DNA of 64,000 nucleotides, taken from positions 64,001-128,000 of the forward strand of contig JBCCHT010000017.1 of the NCBI GenBank assembly GCA_039028615.1. The letters run 5' to 3'. The position numbers and the translations under genes are program-made. This document shows positions 1 to 10,431 of this stretch, in pieces. A model generated the notes under the pieces. That model saw only the letters and a list, made by a program, of their open reading frames with translations. It had not been told where the DNA came from and searched no databases. Source of the stretch: Myxococcota bacterium (GTDB lineage Bacteria; Myxococcota_A; Polyangia; Nannocystales; Nannocystaceae). Positions within the stretch are counted from its first letter, which is position 1. Every line of letters starts with the position of its first letter.

Positions 1-1479
1 CTTTGGCCCCGGGTGCTCTCGCCATTCACCCGTGAGCCCGCCCTTGAAGTCCTCCTTTTCGAGGACCCTCAGCTCAAAGTCCTCGGCGACTAGGTTTCCG
101 GCTTCCTTCCAGATCCGCAGCGGTACATCCCACAGATCCTTGCGCAGGAGGCTCCGGATCGTCTCCATGTCGAAGTGGTACGCGGCGTCGGGATAAACCT
201 TCACCTCGCACGTCTCCGTGCGGCCATCCTTGCTCGCCGTCACGCGGTGCCGCTTCGGCGTGTACCGCATCAGCTCGAAGAATCCCGGGTCGTACAGCGG
301 AATGTGCTTGGCGACGAGGTCTGCGACGGGCGCCGTGTTAGGAACGCCGTCGACCTCCCAATCGACGGTCGTGACCGGCTCCGTCTCGAAGAGGATGAGG
401 TCGTTCATCGTCCCCGGTACGACCTCGATCGCATCCCGTCCTGAGCTGTAGATCGACCGCCGGTTGACGTGGGCATCGTCCTCGCACTTTGCCCTCAGCG
501 ACCACGTCTCCACCTTGGGAGGCGTGGGCGGAGGTGGTGGTGGTGGCGGAGGAGGCGGTGGCGGAGGAGGCGGAGGCGGAGGCGGCGGATCGGGCGGTGG
601 CCGCCACGGGTCGACCAGCTCACACTCGTGCCCCCGCGCCAATCGATCGTAGTACCGACACGTAAACGTCCGATCGCTACGCAGGAACGGCTCCTTCGGC
701 TTCCCACCGACAATCCGCGGCCAGTACTGCAACGAATCACTCGGCTGCCGACGCCGACGCCCCGCATCCGACCACTGCCGCGATCGACATTTGTCGACGC
801 CCGCGCCCGCCACGGGGCACGGCCACTGCGCTCCGACGTAGGTCCCGGGCTCGAAGAAGTACGCGAGCACCCTCCGATTGACCGACGAGAGCCGAACTCG
901 TTGCGGCCCCGACAGCCGCGACAGCAGGCTCGCCGCAGGCCGCAGCACGGGGTTGAACTCGGCGCACGACTGCATGGCCCGCTCGCCGTCATCGAGATAG
1001 TCGAAGGGCTCGAGTCGTCGACCCCCTCCGAGCTCGGCAAAGTACTCGCTCAACGCCTGCTCGGTCGCGCTACCCCAAGCCTCGGTGCCGGGATCGAAGC
1101 CGGCCTCACGCAGCATCTCGCGCAGATGAGCCATGTCCGCAGGGCCCTGGGCGAACAGCTCGAACCACATGCTCGGGTCCGCATTGAGCACGCCATAGAC
1201 CGCCTGCGCTCGCTCGGCCGCCAGCCGATGGTTGTAGTCGTCGCTACCCGCCGCATCCGTGTGCCCGAACAGCGCGATCGGAGCATCGGGGTGACGCTCC
1301 CGGATCGCCCAGAACTCATCGAAAGCTGGCTTGGCGCGCGGACCGATGAGCTTGTGATCGAAGCGAAACACCCCGTCACCGAGCCGCCAGCACGCGACCG
1401 TACGCAGGGGCGCCCGCAGCCGGTTGTGGGTGTCCGGCGACACGGACACCGAGACACGGCGTCGCTCGTCGTCACTCAT
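1..1479 (-). CDS. OmpA-like domain protein with poly-Pro linker (3' end runs off window)
   Basis: Not in the ORF track because there is no stop in the window. Translated by hand from ATG 1479: MSDDERRR...FRFDHKLIG...IALFGHTDAAGSDDYNHRLAAERAQAVY (OmpA C-terminal motif GHTD..GS..YN..L...RA), a long poly-Pro tract at ~525-605, and an open frame to base 1. Confidence 0.8.
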   Translation of the reverse strand, partial: MSDDERRRVSVSVSPDTHNRLRAPLRTVACWRLGDGVFRFDHKLIGPRAKPAFDEFWAIRERHPDAPIALFGHTDAAGSDDYNHRLAAERAQAVYGVLNADPSMWFELFAQGPADMAHLREMLREAGFDPGTEAWGSATEQALSEYFAELGGGRRLEPFDYLDDGERAMQSCAEFNPVLRPAASLLSRLSGPQRVRLSSVNRRVLAYFFEPGTYVGAQWPCPVAGAGVDKCRSRQWSDAGRRRRQPSDSLQYWPRIVGGKPKEPFLRSDRTFTCRYYDRLARGHECELVDPWRPPPDPPPPPPPPPPPPPPPPPPPPPTPPKVETWSLRAKCEDDAHVNRRSIYSSGRDAIEVVPGTMNDLILFETEPVTTVDWEVDGVPNTAPVADLVAKHIPLYDPGFFELMRYTPKRHRVTASKDGRTETCEVKVYPDAAYHFDMETIRSLLRKDLWDVPLRIWKEAGNLVAEDFELRVLEKEDFKGGLTGEWREHPGPK

Positions 1480-1957
1480 GGGGGGCCACGCGCTCGAGGG
1501 TGAAGGTGCAGCCACCGTCCTCGGACAACCCATCGAGTCGGCCCGTCGCTTGCGCATCGAGCTCGAGTGCATGGGTGCTCCCGCTGGGGTCGAGCACCTG
1601 CACGCGATAGCCCGGCAACGGCCGCCCCCGAGGGTCGACCACTTCCACCCCGACCCACGCATCGGGTCGCGGCCGCGGAGGCTCGGGCACACCATCCATC
1701 GGCCCCAGCTCGAGCAAGTCGTGGACACGGGGCTCATCGAGCATGCCCGGCTCGCGATCGAGCCGCACCAACGACAGCCGGCCACTGGTCAGGCCATTCA
1801 CCAGCTCGCGCTCGTCGACGCTGTCGGGGTCGGGGTGCTCCGCGAGCAAGCGCTTCACCAGCCGACGCGCCGCATCCTCGGGCATACCCGTGAGCACGTC
1901 TCGGCGCGGGACCAGCAGAACCTTGTTGCCGGCCGCGGACCGTATTGTGATGGCCAC
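1472..1957 (-). CDS. hypothetical protein with C-terminal carboxypeptidase-regulatory/prealbumin-like beta domain
   Basis: WVGVEVVDPRGRPLPGYRVQV motif. Its stop overlaps the ATG of the OmpA gene. GTG 1957 is preceded by TACGCT-N7. Confidence 0.65.
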   Translation of the reverse strand: MAITIRSAAGNKVLLVPRRDVLTGMPEDAARRLVKRLLAEHPDPDSVDERELVNGLTSGRLSLVRLDREPGMLDEPRVHDLLELGPMDGVPEPPRPRPDAWVGVEVVDPRGRPLPGYRVQVLDPSGSTHALELDAQATGRLDGLSEDGGCTFTLERVAPHE

Positions 1958-1985
1958 CGCGGCCAGCGTAGCATGTCGTTTCTCG

Positions 1986-2606
1986 ATGACTCGCCGACAC
2001 ACGATCGAGCCCGGCGACCATGTCGTTCGCCTCGCGTACGACCATGGGCACGAGCGGGTCGAGGCGGTGTGGTCCCATCCCGACAATGCGTCACTGCGCT
2101 CGCGTCGTCCCGATCCCGGTGTACTCGCCCCCGGTGACGTGGTCGCGATTCCCGAGGCCGCACCGCGCGTGCTCGAGAACCTCCCGACGCGCCGTCGCCA
2201 TCGCGTGGTCATCCCCCTCCCCTTGCCCACGCTGAAGCTTCGGCTGCAGCGACCGGGCGACATCCCCTACGCCTACGTTCGCTGTCGGGTCGAACTCGAT
2301 GGCGAGCGCCACGACCTCAGCACGGGCCCCGAGGGTGACCTCGAGATCGAGCTCGGTCCCCATACCCGCGAGCTGTCGCTGGAGTGGGCGGGCCAGTGGC
2401 TCGAGCTGGACATCGCGTTCCTGCAGCCGGTCGACTCCGAGCCGGGTTGGCTCGCTCGACTCGAGAACCTCGGCTATGCGCCCGGGCCCGATACCTACGG
2501 GGTGCGGTCTGCCATCGAGGAGTTTCAGTGCGACCACGGCCTCACCGTCGACGGCGAGGTCGGCCCGCAGACGCAGCGGGCGCTGCTGGAGGCCCACGGC
2601 GCGTAG
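1986..2606 (+). CDS. LysM-like N-terminus plus C-terminal peptidoglycan-binding domain protein
   Basis: HTIEPGD..VRLAYDHG...VLAPGDVVAIP (LysM-like) and RLENLGY...AIEEFQCDHGLTVDGEVGPQT (PG_binding_1-like). Confidence 0.8.
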   Translation: MTRRHTIEPGDHVVRLAYDHGHERVEAVWSHPDNASLRSRRPDPGVLAPGDVVAIPEAAPRVLENLPTRRRHRVVIPLPLPTLKLRLQRPGDIPYAYVRCRVELDGERHDLSTGPEGDLEIELGPHTRELSLEWAGQWLELDIAFLQPVDSEPGWLARLENLGYAPGPDTYGVRSAIEEFQCDHGLTVDGEVGPQTQRALLEAHGA

Positions 2607-2774
2607 ACTCCCGTCCGCGACCCCTTCGAGGCGATAAACCTCGTGATATCAGCACCTTGAAAACCCGGGGTAGGATTACCTGCGGTGCGACTTCGGCCTC
2701 ATCCTTTCTCGAGACTGCCGGCCTACCCGGCGGTGGTTCGGGACGCACGCGGGGCCGCGGCCTGAGGAATCGGC

Positions 2775-4172
2775 ATGGAGAGTTACAAGGGCCGATTCGA
2801 TCCGACACGCTTCGAGGACCTGACGGTCACCGTCGAGTTCCACTGCCATAGCGCGTGTCGGTTCTGCATCGTGCAAGAGGGGATGAACTACTTCAAGGGC
2901 GTGCCCTTCGAGGTGTTCAAGGCGGCGGCCGACGACAACGCGAAGTCGCAGCGCTACCGACGGATCACGTTCACGGGCGGCGAGGTGACGCTCGAAGCGA
3001 AGCTCTTCGACTACGTCCACTACGCCCGGGACGTGGGCAAGTTCGAGCACATCCGCCTGCAGACCAACGGGCGACTGTGTGCGAAGCCGGAGTTCGCCAA
3101 GCGACTGGTGGACGCGGGGATCGACGAGTTCTTCGTGTCGCTGCACGGGCACGACGCGAAGACGCAGGACTACATCTCGCGCCGCCCGGGGAGCTTCGAC
3201 GAGGCGATCGCGGGCATGGAGAACCTGGCGGCGCTCGACGTGTGCCTGATGACCAACACGGTCCTCACCACGCTCAACCAGCCTCACCTGGCGGACATCG
3301 TGGAGACGGTACAGCGGCTCAAGCCGGTTCGCATGGAGTGGTGGAACTACCTCCCGATGGAGGACTACACCGACGAGCGCGAGCTGCTGTCGCCGATGCA
3401 CAAGCTCGCGCCGTCGCTGCGGGAGGCGCTGGCCCGGGCCAACGGGTACGGCATCGAGACGGCGGTGAAGTACGTGCCCCGCTGCTTGCTCGGCGACCAC
3501 GCCAAGAGCCAGGACAACACGCAGTCCGATGTGCTGATCGTCGAGGAGTTCTACGACATCTATCCCAAGTTCGCGTGCGCGTACGAAGCCCACTGCGAGT
3601 ACGCAGAGTCGTGCCTGGGGCTGCACCATCCGTACATCACGAAGTACGGCTGGGAAGAGGACGTGCTGACCCCGTACGCGCGCAGCACCGACTGGGAAGA
3701 GCCGGAGTACGGGCCGTGGGTGGGCTCGGATCGCCCCGGGCACGCAGATGCGCCGGCCACCGATCAGCCGGAGTGGACCTCGTTGGTCGATGGGGTCGCG
3801 GAGCGCCATGGCGCGACGCTGGCCGAGGTGATCATGCAGCGCCGCGCCTGCGTATATCGCTTCGAGCTTCGGCCGGGCGTGCGTGTGGACGTGCTGCTCA
3901 CCGCGCTCAGCCAGGACCACGCGCTGGCCAAGAGCGCGTCGTTCAACCTGCACTACCGCAACCTGCGGGCCGACCTCGATGATCCGGAGCAACGCAGCGC
4001 GCTGGCGGCCCTGGTGAAGGACGCGGTCAATACGGTCCGGGATCGCGACCCGGGCGGCATGCGGCTCGATGTTCGCAAGGGCTTGGTCGGACCCGAGGCG
4101 CTGCGACGTCGCCCCCGCTCGAAGCCCGCCCAAAAGCCGGGGGTGAAGAGCCTCCGCGTGCTCAACGACTGA
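2775..4172 (+). CDS. radical SAM protein (HxsC-like) with C-terminal shared accessory domain
   Basis: CHSACRFC, FTGGE, LQTNG, FFVSLHG and a Cys-rich tail CAYEAHCEYAESCLG. RBS-like GAGGA upstream. Confidence 0.92.
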   Translation: MESYKGRFDPTRFEDLTVTVEFHCHSACRFCIVQEGMNYFKGVPFEVFKAAADDNAKSQRYRRITFTGGEVTLEAKLFDYVHYARDVGKFEHIRLQTNGRLCAKPEFAKRLVDAGIDEFFVSLHGHDAKTQDYISRRPGSFDEAIAGMENLAALDVCLMTNTVLTTLNQPHLADIVETVQRLKPVRMEWWNYLPMEDYTDERELLSPMHKLAPSLREALARANGYGIETAVKYVPRCLLGDHAKSQDNTQSDVLIVEEFYDIYPKFACAYEAHCEYAESCLGLHHPYITKYGWEEDVLTPYARSTDWEEPEYGPWVGSDRPGHADAPATDQPEWTSLVDGVAERHGATLAEVIMQRRACVYRFELRPGVRVDVLLTALSQDHALAKSASFNLHYRNLRADLDDPEQRSALAALVKDAVNTVRDRDPGGMRLDVRKGLVGPEALRRRPRSKPAQKPGVKSLRVLND

Positions 4173-4309
4173 GCGTCGACGCCCGTACGATTTCTCCGTC
4201 GGTGGTGGAGAGCGACGCATCACCGAGAGCGGAGCGCGTCCGCGGGCGGAGCCGAAATTCGTCACACACGAGGCTCGATTCGCCCCGAGAGTGAAAGAAA
4301 ACCGGCGGC

Positions 4310-6106
4310 GTGGGCATACCTCCATCGATGCCCCAAACGAAGGTCCGTCGGCGCGCGCTTCATGGAGCCATGCTCACGTTCGTGGGTCTGATGGGCTGCG
4401 GGCCCAGCCCCCGGGCAACGCCCGCCTCCACGGCCCCGGCCACCTCGGCACCGGACCAGCCCCCCTCCCCGCCGCTGACCTGCGTGGAGAAGCTCGGGAT
4501 CGAGATACCGCCCGACGTCGAAACCATGGAAGACCCCACCACCTGGGTCTCGCTGCGCGAACTGTACCCTGCGCGCCCGCCCGCGGATCTGCGCGTCACC
4601 GCCTCGCCTCCGCCGAAGGGCACCATCAACCTCGGGGAGCACGAGGTGTTCCTGCCCTCCTGGGCGGATCAATGGGGGCTGTCGTGGTCGTGGGAAGGGC
4701 CCGATCTCGACCCGGCCATGGTCGAGCCCGGACTCGAGCCCGAGGCCCACGCCGCCCTGGTCGAGTTCTTGGAATCTCTCGACCGCTTCGAAGACGCCAC
4801 CGCGAAGCGAACCCGTGCGGTCCAGGAGCTGTACTACCTGATCGCCGTGGCCAACGAGACGGACGAGTTCTTCGAACGCGCGTCGGATTGTTTCGACTCG
4901 GTGGAGCGGCACCACGACGATGCGGTGGAAGAAGCCGAGCTGCGGATGATGGACGCCCGCGACCGCGTGAGCTCGCGATTGGCGGAAGCGAAGCAACGGA
5001 ACGGCACTCTGACTCCCGAGGAGCGCTACCTCCAAGCGGAGATGCGAGTCTACGACGAGGAGTCGGACATCGACGAGCTCGTCGAGCGCTTCAAGGAGAT
5101 CGCCGACGATCCCCGCACTCCGCCGCTGATCCGAGCACACGCCCTCGAGCTGGTCATCGTCTATACCGGAGATGAACAGCTGCTGCGGCAGACCCTCACG
5201 ATGGACCTCGAGCCCGAGTTCGAGCAGCGGCTCATGGTGCTCCTGGTCGACACCTACGACGAGGAAGACGAGCACGAGGTCGCACTGCTCGACGAGGTCA
5301 TCGCGTACCTCGAAACGCAACCGTACTCACCCGAGCTGGCGCGGCAACGAGGGCGACGCGCCCGATACCGGCTGGTCGCGGGGGACGTCGTCGGGGCGAG
5401 GGATGATGCGATCGCCTGCCTACGCGAGCCCGCCGTCGATCCCTTCGATGACGAGTACACGGAGGCCTGGGCGTGCACCGAGAGCCTGGCCTCCGCGTTG
5501 ACCACCCTCGGTACGGAGGCGCCCGATACCACCATTCCCCCGAGCGTCGTAGGGCTGATGGCGCCTCGGCTCATGGTCCACGCTGCGCTCCACCACGACA
5601 TCGCCACCGCCCGACACGTGGGGCATGTCGCGCTCCGAGTCGCGCCCGAGTCACCCAACATCCCGCTCGTGCTCGATCACCTCACCGAGCTGGAGCCCGA
5701 TCCCCACACCCGGGAGCGACTGCAGCGCGACCGGGAGCGAGTCATCGCCTCGGGACCTTGGCGGGACGCTCAGCTGGGGCGCCTCGCCTTCGACGAGGAA
5801 GAGGAAGACGTACTCCACGAGCTCGATCACCTCACGGAGGAGCGCCCCGAGCCCCGCGAGGCCGAAGAGATCACGCAAGGGCCCGACTGGAAGCTGCACC
5901 TCGAGAACATCGTGGGCGCGTGCCGCCTGCAGCTCCAGCCGGGCGAGCGCTACCGCATCGATGTCCAGGGGCACGCCGATGCGCCACCGAAGATTTCGGT
6001 CCGAGGCCCGAAGGCTCGCGCGTGCATCGAGGCCGAGCTTCCAGGCTACCTACGTGACTTCGGCACCGCCCGCCTCCGGGCGGTGCTGAAGATCGAAGAC
6101 GACTAG
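4310..6106 (+). CDS. acidic helical putative lipoprotein, function unknown
   Basis: Lipobox-like FVGLMGC followed by a Pro/Thr linker and a helical-repeat-like body. Typical GC3 bias. Start uncertain (4310/4328/4370). Confidence 0.7.
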   Translation: MGIPPSMPQTKVRRRALHGAMLTFVGLMGCGPSPRATPASTAPATSAPDQPPSPPLTCVEKLGIEIPPDVETMEDPTTWVSLRELYPARPPADLRVTASPPPKGTINLGEHEVFLPSWADQWGLSWSWEGPDLDPAMVEPGLEPEAHAALVEFLESLDRFEDATAKRTRAVQELYYLIAVANETDEFFERASDCFDSVERHHDDAVEEAELRMMDARDRVSSRLAEAKQRNGTLTPEERYLQAEMRVYDEESDIDELVERFKEIADDPRTPPLIRAHALELVIVYTGDEQLLRQTLTMDLEPEFEQRLMVLLVDTYDEEDEHEVALLDEVIAYLETQPYSPELARQRGRRARYRLVAGDVVGARDDAIACLREPAVDPFDDEYTEAWACTESLASALTTLGTEAPDTTIPPSVVGLMAPRLMVHAALHHDIATARHVGHVALRVAPESPNIPLVLDHLTELEPDPHTRERLQRDRERVIASGPWRDAQLGRLAFDEEEEDVLHELDHLTEERPEPREAEEITQGPDWKLHLENIVGACRLQLQPGERYRIDVQGHADAPPKISVRGPKARACIEAELPGYLRDFGTARLRAVLKIEDD

Positions 6107-6337
6107 ACGACGAAGATCCGGGAGCGGCAATGCTCGCCCCGAGCACCGAGAAGGGGGTGGTCACCCCGCCCCTCCGCGGTCTTCACCACGAGGGTCGACC
6201 CGGAGGAGGCGGTGCTCTGCTGCCCGTTCTCGGCCATATGGCGGACGGTCGCCCGTTTCGCCGACCGCGGCGCGCTCACCGGGTGTCGCGAGCCATGACT
6301 TGCGCCGCGGAAGCGATTTCAGCATCTTCGATCCTGG

Positions 6338-8716
6338 ATGAGCCGCCCGCAGCTCCAGGACTCGCTCGCATCGTGCGTCGAAGCCGTCACGGCGGGGCGC
6401 TGGCGGCTGGGCCGAGCCGAGCAACGGGGCGACGGCTTGCGCCTGCCCGTCGATCTGGGCGGCGAGGGTGAGACCCGAAGCCTGGTGCTCGAGGTCCGCG
6501 CGGTGGTCGAAGGCCAGCGCAGCTACAAAACCATCGGTCGCTATGCGCTCAGCTACCAGGGCAAGGAGCTGCCCGCAGTGGCGCGGGGGCTGCTCGACCC
6601 GGTGCTCGTCGCCATCGCCAAGGTCCTACACGAGCTCGATTTCGATCCGAGCGCACAGCCGCCGCCGCGCCCCGAGACGGTCGTGCGCGAGCGCGGGCCG
6701 GCCTTGTTCCCCACGCCGTACCAGTGCGCGCAGCTCGATGCCGAGACGCCGCTGAGCCAGGCCGACATCGAGACATTCCGACGCGATGGACACGTGCTGG
6801 TACGCCGCGCCCTGCGTCGCGACGTCATCGTCGCCGCTCGGCCCCCCATGCTCGAGGCGCTGGCCAGCCCGCCCGAGGAAGCCTCGAGCAAGGACACCCG
6901 CGAGGACGCCTACGCCCGCGCGTTCCGGCAGATCACCGACCTCGGTCACTCCAACGTCACCGTGCGGGCGTTCGCGTATGGCCGCCGGGTGCTCCGCATG
7001 GCCGCCGACCTCATGGGCGTGGAATCGGTGCGTCTGTTCTGCGAGGACTGGCTGATCAAGGAGCCGGGAGCCAGCATCACCCCCTGGCACCAAGACGAAG
7101 CGGTCTTTCCCTTCGAAGCGGAGCAGAGCATCACCTGCTGGATCCCGCTGCAAGACGTGCGCGACGGCGACGGCCTCATGCGCTTCGCGACCGGCTCCCA
7201 TCGGCTCGGCCTGGCGGACATCGAGGACATCAGCGACACCAGCGAGTCGGAGTACGACCGCATCATCGAGCGCAACGGCCTGACGGTGGACACCCAGCCC
7301 CCCGTGTTCTCGGGCGACGTCAGCTTCCATCACGGCCGCACGATCCACGGCGCCTTTGCCAACGACAGCGACCGGCATCGCGTGGTGCTGGCCCTGCACT
7401 GCTTCGCCGACGGGGCGCGGATCAAGCCGCCGACGACCCCGAAGATGGCGCGGCTGCTCACCACCGCCTTGCCCGGTGCCGAGCCCGGCGACCTCGCCCA
7501 GAGCGACCGCTGGCCGCGGGTGTACGAGCGAGACTCGGTGCGGACCGAGGTCGGTGAGCCTCGTGCCCGCGAGCGGCTGCACCTGCGCGCCCGCTGGCTG
7601 CCCGATGCGACCGAGCTTCGAGACCTGTGGATCGTCGACGGCCGCATTCGCCTCGAACCGGTGGACGGTGCCACCACCATCGCGGAGCCGGGCGGCTATC
7701 TCACCGCGGGCCTGGTCGAGTGCCACGGCCACATCAGCTATCCGCAAGACCGAGACTCGCCGGTCGGCACGCCCGCCTGGATGAACGGAAAACGGGCCGA
7801 GTACGCGGCCACGGGCGTCCTGTTGATCCGCGACATGGGCGCGGTGGGAGACGAGATCACCGACCTCACCGACTGGCCGGGGCTGCCCCGAGTCCAGGCC
7901 GCGGGCAACATGGTCCTGCGCTACGACGACTTCCCGTTCACGTGCACCGAACCCGAGGCGCTGGTGGCGACGTGCATCCGACGCATGGAGGCCGGCGCCC
8001 GGTGGGTGAAGATCTTCTCCGACTGGTCGAGCGACTACCGCGGCCGGGTCAACACCGGCTTTCGCGGCGACGATGCGTTGACCTATGCGCCCGACCTGCT
8101 CACCGCCGCCGTCGCGGCCGTGCACGAACGAGGAGGGCGCGTCGCCGCCCACTGCTTCACCCACACGGGCGCCGAAGCCTCGATCCGCGCTCGCGTCGAC
8201 TCCCTCGAGCACGGCTGGGGCATCGACAAAACGTTGCTCGACCGAATGGTGGACGCGGGCATCGCCTGGACCCCGTTGGTCGGCATCGCGGTGCACATGT
8301 GGCGAGCCGCCCAGCGCGAAGACCAGAGAGACCGTATGATCTGGGTGCAGGACGCGATGGCCGGGATGGAACGACATTTGCCGCTCGCGGTGGAGCGAGG
8401 GGTCCCGCTGCTCGCGGGCACCGACATGTTCCCCGAGGTCAGCTTGGGCGACGAGGTCCGGCAGCTGTGCGAGCTGGGCGTCGAGCCGACGACCGCGGTG
8501 GGAGCCGCGAGCTGGGCCGCGCGCGCATGGCTGGGCGAGTCGGGCATCGAAGAAGGAGCGCCGGCCGATCTCGTGCTGTTCCGCGAGGACCCGCGTATCG
8601 ATCCCACGGTGTTGGGGAGTCCCGAGCTCATCGTCTCCGGGGGCGAGCGCGTGACCCCGTCCGTGGCCGACATCCGGCCGAGCTACGTCTCTTGGAGTCA
8701 GCGGGACGAAGCCTGA
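6338..8716 (+). CDS. three-domain fusion: shared accessory domain + PhyH-family Fe(II)/2OG dioxygenase + amidohydrolase
   Basis: PhyH part: FRRDGHV, TPWHQD, TIHGA. Amidohydrolase part: VECHGH, VKIF, VAAH, SLEHG, LAGTD, GAPADLV. Confidence 0.88.
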   Translation: MSRPQLQDSLASCVEAVTAGRWRLGRAEQRGDGLRLPVDLGGEGETRSLVLEVRAVVEGQRSYKTIGRYALSYQGKELPAVARGLLDPVLVAIAKVLHELDFDPSAQPPPRPETVVRERGPALFPTPYQCAQLDAETPLSQADIETFRRDGHVLVRRALRRDVIVAARPPMLEALASPPEEASSKDTREDAYARAFRQITDLGHSNVTVRAFAYGRRVLRMAADLMGVESVRLFCEDWLIKEPGASITPWHQDEAVFPFEAEQSITCWIPLQDVRDGDGLMRFATGSHRLGLADIEDISDTSESEYDRIIERNGLTVDTQPPVFSGDVSFHHGRTIHGAFANDSDRHRVVLALHCFADGARIKPPTTPKMARLLTTALPGAEPGDLAQSDRWPRVYERDSVRTEVGEPRARERLHLRARWLPDATELRDLWIVDGRIRLEPVDGATTIAEPGGYLTAGLVECHGHISYPQDRDSPVGTPAWMNGKRAEYAATGVLLIRDMGAVGDEITDLTDWPGLPRVQAAGNMVLRYDDFPFTCTEPEALVATCIRRMEAGARWVKIFSDWSSDYRGRVNTGFRGDDALTYAPDLLTAAVAAVHERGGRVAAHCFTHTGAEASIRARVDSLEHGWGIDKTLLDRMVDAGIAWTPLVGIAVHMWRAAQREDQRDRMIWVQDAMAGMERHLPLAVERGVPLLAGTDMFPEVSLGDEVRQLCELGVEPTTAVGAASWAARAWLGESGIEEGAPADLVLFREDPRIDPTVLGSPELIVSGGERVTPSVADIRPSYVSWSQRDEA

Positions 8717-8720
8717 GCCC

Positions 8721-10364
8721 ATGTCTGCCGAGCCACGCATCGCGTTCCTGGCGCGAGACCTCGTCTGGGCCGACAAATCCGGCGGCGTGCTTCCGTTCTC
8801 CTACGCCGCCCGCAAGCTCGATGCATCGCTCAAGAGCGCCCCCGACCTCGAAGGGGTCGAGACCACGCTCATCGATCTGCGGACCGACGATCCCGAGGCG
8901 TTCTTCGAACGCATTCGGGAGTTCCGCCCCACCCTGGTCGCGGCCTCTACCTATATATGGTCGGCCAAGGTCTTCTGCGAGGTCGCGCAGCGGGTGCGGG
9001 AGTGGGACCCGAGCGTGCGCTTCGTGATGGGGGGCCCCGCCGCTCGCCCGTCCCTGCTGTCCTTGCCTCCGTATGCGCCCTACCATCGCACCATCGACGC
9101 GGTGGTGCTGGGCGAAGGCGAGGAGGTCATGCGCGAGCTGGCCCGCAAGCACCTGCACGACGATTGGCGCAGCGAGATCGAAGGGCTGGTGCTCTCCTCC
9201 CCGCTCGGCTGGCGGCACGGCACGCCGCAGGAACGCCCCGCGCTCGACGGCTACGCCTCGCCCTATCAGCTCGGCACCGTGCCCCGCGACGACGTCGGCT
9301 TCCTCGAGACCTTCCGCGGCTGCCCCATGAGCTGTGCGTTCTGCCAATGGGGCGACGAACGGTCCGATCGCGTGCACTCGGTCGAGTACCTCGCCGGGCA
9401 CCTGCGCGGCATGGCGGAGTCGGGCGTCGAGCGGGTCTACGTGCTCGATGCCGGCTTCAACCTCAGCCCGCGCGCGTTCCGAAACCTCATCGCCGCCGAG
9501 CAGCGCGAGCACGTGCTCGAGAACTGCCAGGTCCTCGGCCACATCTACCCGTCGCACGTGCGCGACGATCAGCTGGACTTCCTCGACACCTTTCGGCGAG
9601 CCGAGGTCGCGGTGGGGATCCAGAGCTTCGACACCGACGTGCTCGACGCCCTGGGCCGTCCCTTCGACATCCCGCGCTTCGAGTTCGTGATGAACAAGAT
9701 CCGCGGTCGGCTCGACATCGATCTCGAGCTCATCTTGGGCCTGCCCGGCGACAACCCGCGTGCGTTCCGAAAGACGCTCGAGCGCGCCATGGAGTTCGCC
9801 ACCACGGTGCGGGTGTTCTACTGCCTCGCGCTGCCCGACGCCCTGCTCGAGCGCGCCGCCGAGCTCGACCTCGAGTTCGATCCCGAGACCTTCATGCTCA
9901 CCCGCTGCGCGGGCTGGACCCACGAACAGCTGCAGACGGAGTGGGCCCGGGTCCTCGAGATCGCCCAGTCTTGCCATCGCCCTCATATCGGCCCCAACTG
10001 GGTCGACTTCCGCCCCAATACTCCCGCGAAGGCCGAGCGGACCGAGCGGCCGACCCGTCGCGACGACTCGCTGTCTGCCGCACGCGTGGCCCCGGTCGGC
10101 GAGCAGATCGCGGGCGCGGGTGTGGGCTGGAGCCTCGACACCGCACGGGCCCACCACGGCACGCTCTTGCTCGCGTTGGGCGGCGGTCGCGACGGGCTGA
10201 CGCTCGAGATCACCGCGGCGGCCGAAGGTCAGCGACACTTCCGAGAGCTGGGTGGCGTCGCCTACTCCTATCGCGGTGCGCTCGGCAACGGTGACGCCGA
10301 GCGACTGACGACGTTGATCCCTCGCATCCACGCGACGGTGAAGGACCTGCTCGAGTCGCTCTGA
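8721..10364 (+). CDS. B12-binding-domain radical SAM protein
   Basis: N-terminal Rossmann-like STYIWS...VMGGP...VVLGEGE, then ETFRGCPMSCAFC, GIQS, LILGLPGD. Confidence 0.9.
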   Translation: MSAEPRIAFLARDLVWADKSGGVLPFSYAARKLDASLKSAPDLEGVETTLIDLRTDDPEAFFERIREFRPTLVAASTYIWSAKVFCEVAQRVREWDPSVRFVMGGPAARPSLLSLPPYAPYHRTIDAVVLGEGEEVMRELARKHLHDDWRSEIEGLVLSSPLGWRHGTPQERPALDGYASPYQLGTVPRDDVGFLETFRGCPMSCAFCQWGDERSDRVHSVEYLAGHLRGMAESGVERVYVLDAGFNLSPRAFRNLIAAEQREHVLENCQVLGHIYPSHVRDDQLDFLDTFRRAEVAVGIQSFDTDVLDALGRPFDIPRFEFVMNKIRGRLDIDLELILGLPGDNPRAFRKTLERAMEFATTVRVFYCLALPDALLERAAELDLEFDPETFMLTRCAGWTHEQLQTEWARVLEIAQSCHRPHIGPNWVDFRPNTPAKAERTERPTRRDDSLSAARVAPVGEQIAGAGVGWSLDTARAHHGTLLLALGGGRDGLTLEITAAAEGQRHFRELGGVAYSYRGALGNGDAERLTTLIPRIHATVKDLLESL

Positions 10365-10431
10365 GTTCGGGCCCCTCGCCGCGCGGCCTTCATGGCCATT
10401 CGGCACCGTGCCCTTTACCATTGGAGGCGGT

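Noticed and set aside
464..652. Poly-Gly small ORF as a possible RiPP precursor
   Set aside because: It is the antisense of the poly-Pro linker in the OmpA-like gene.
6103..6237. 44-aa minus-strand ORF (MAENGQQSTASS...)
   Set aside because: No clear RBS, no recognisable motif or repeat, and no way to distinguish it from chance.
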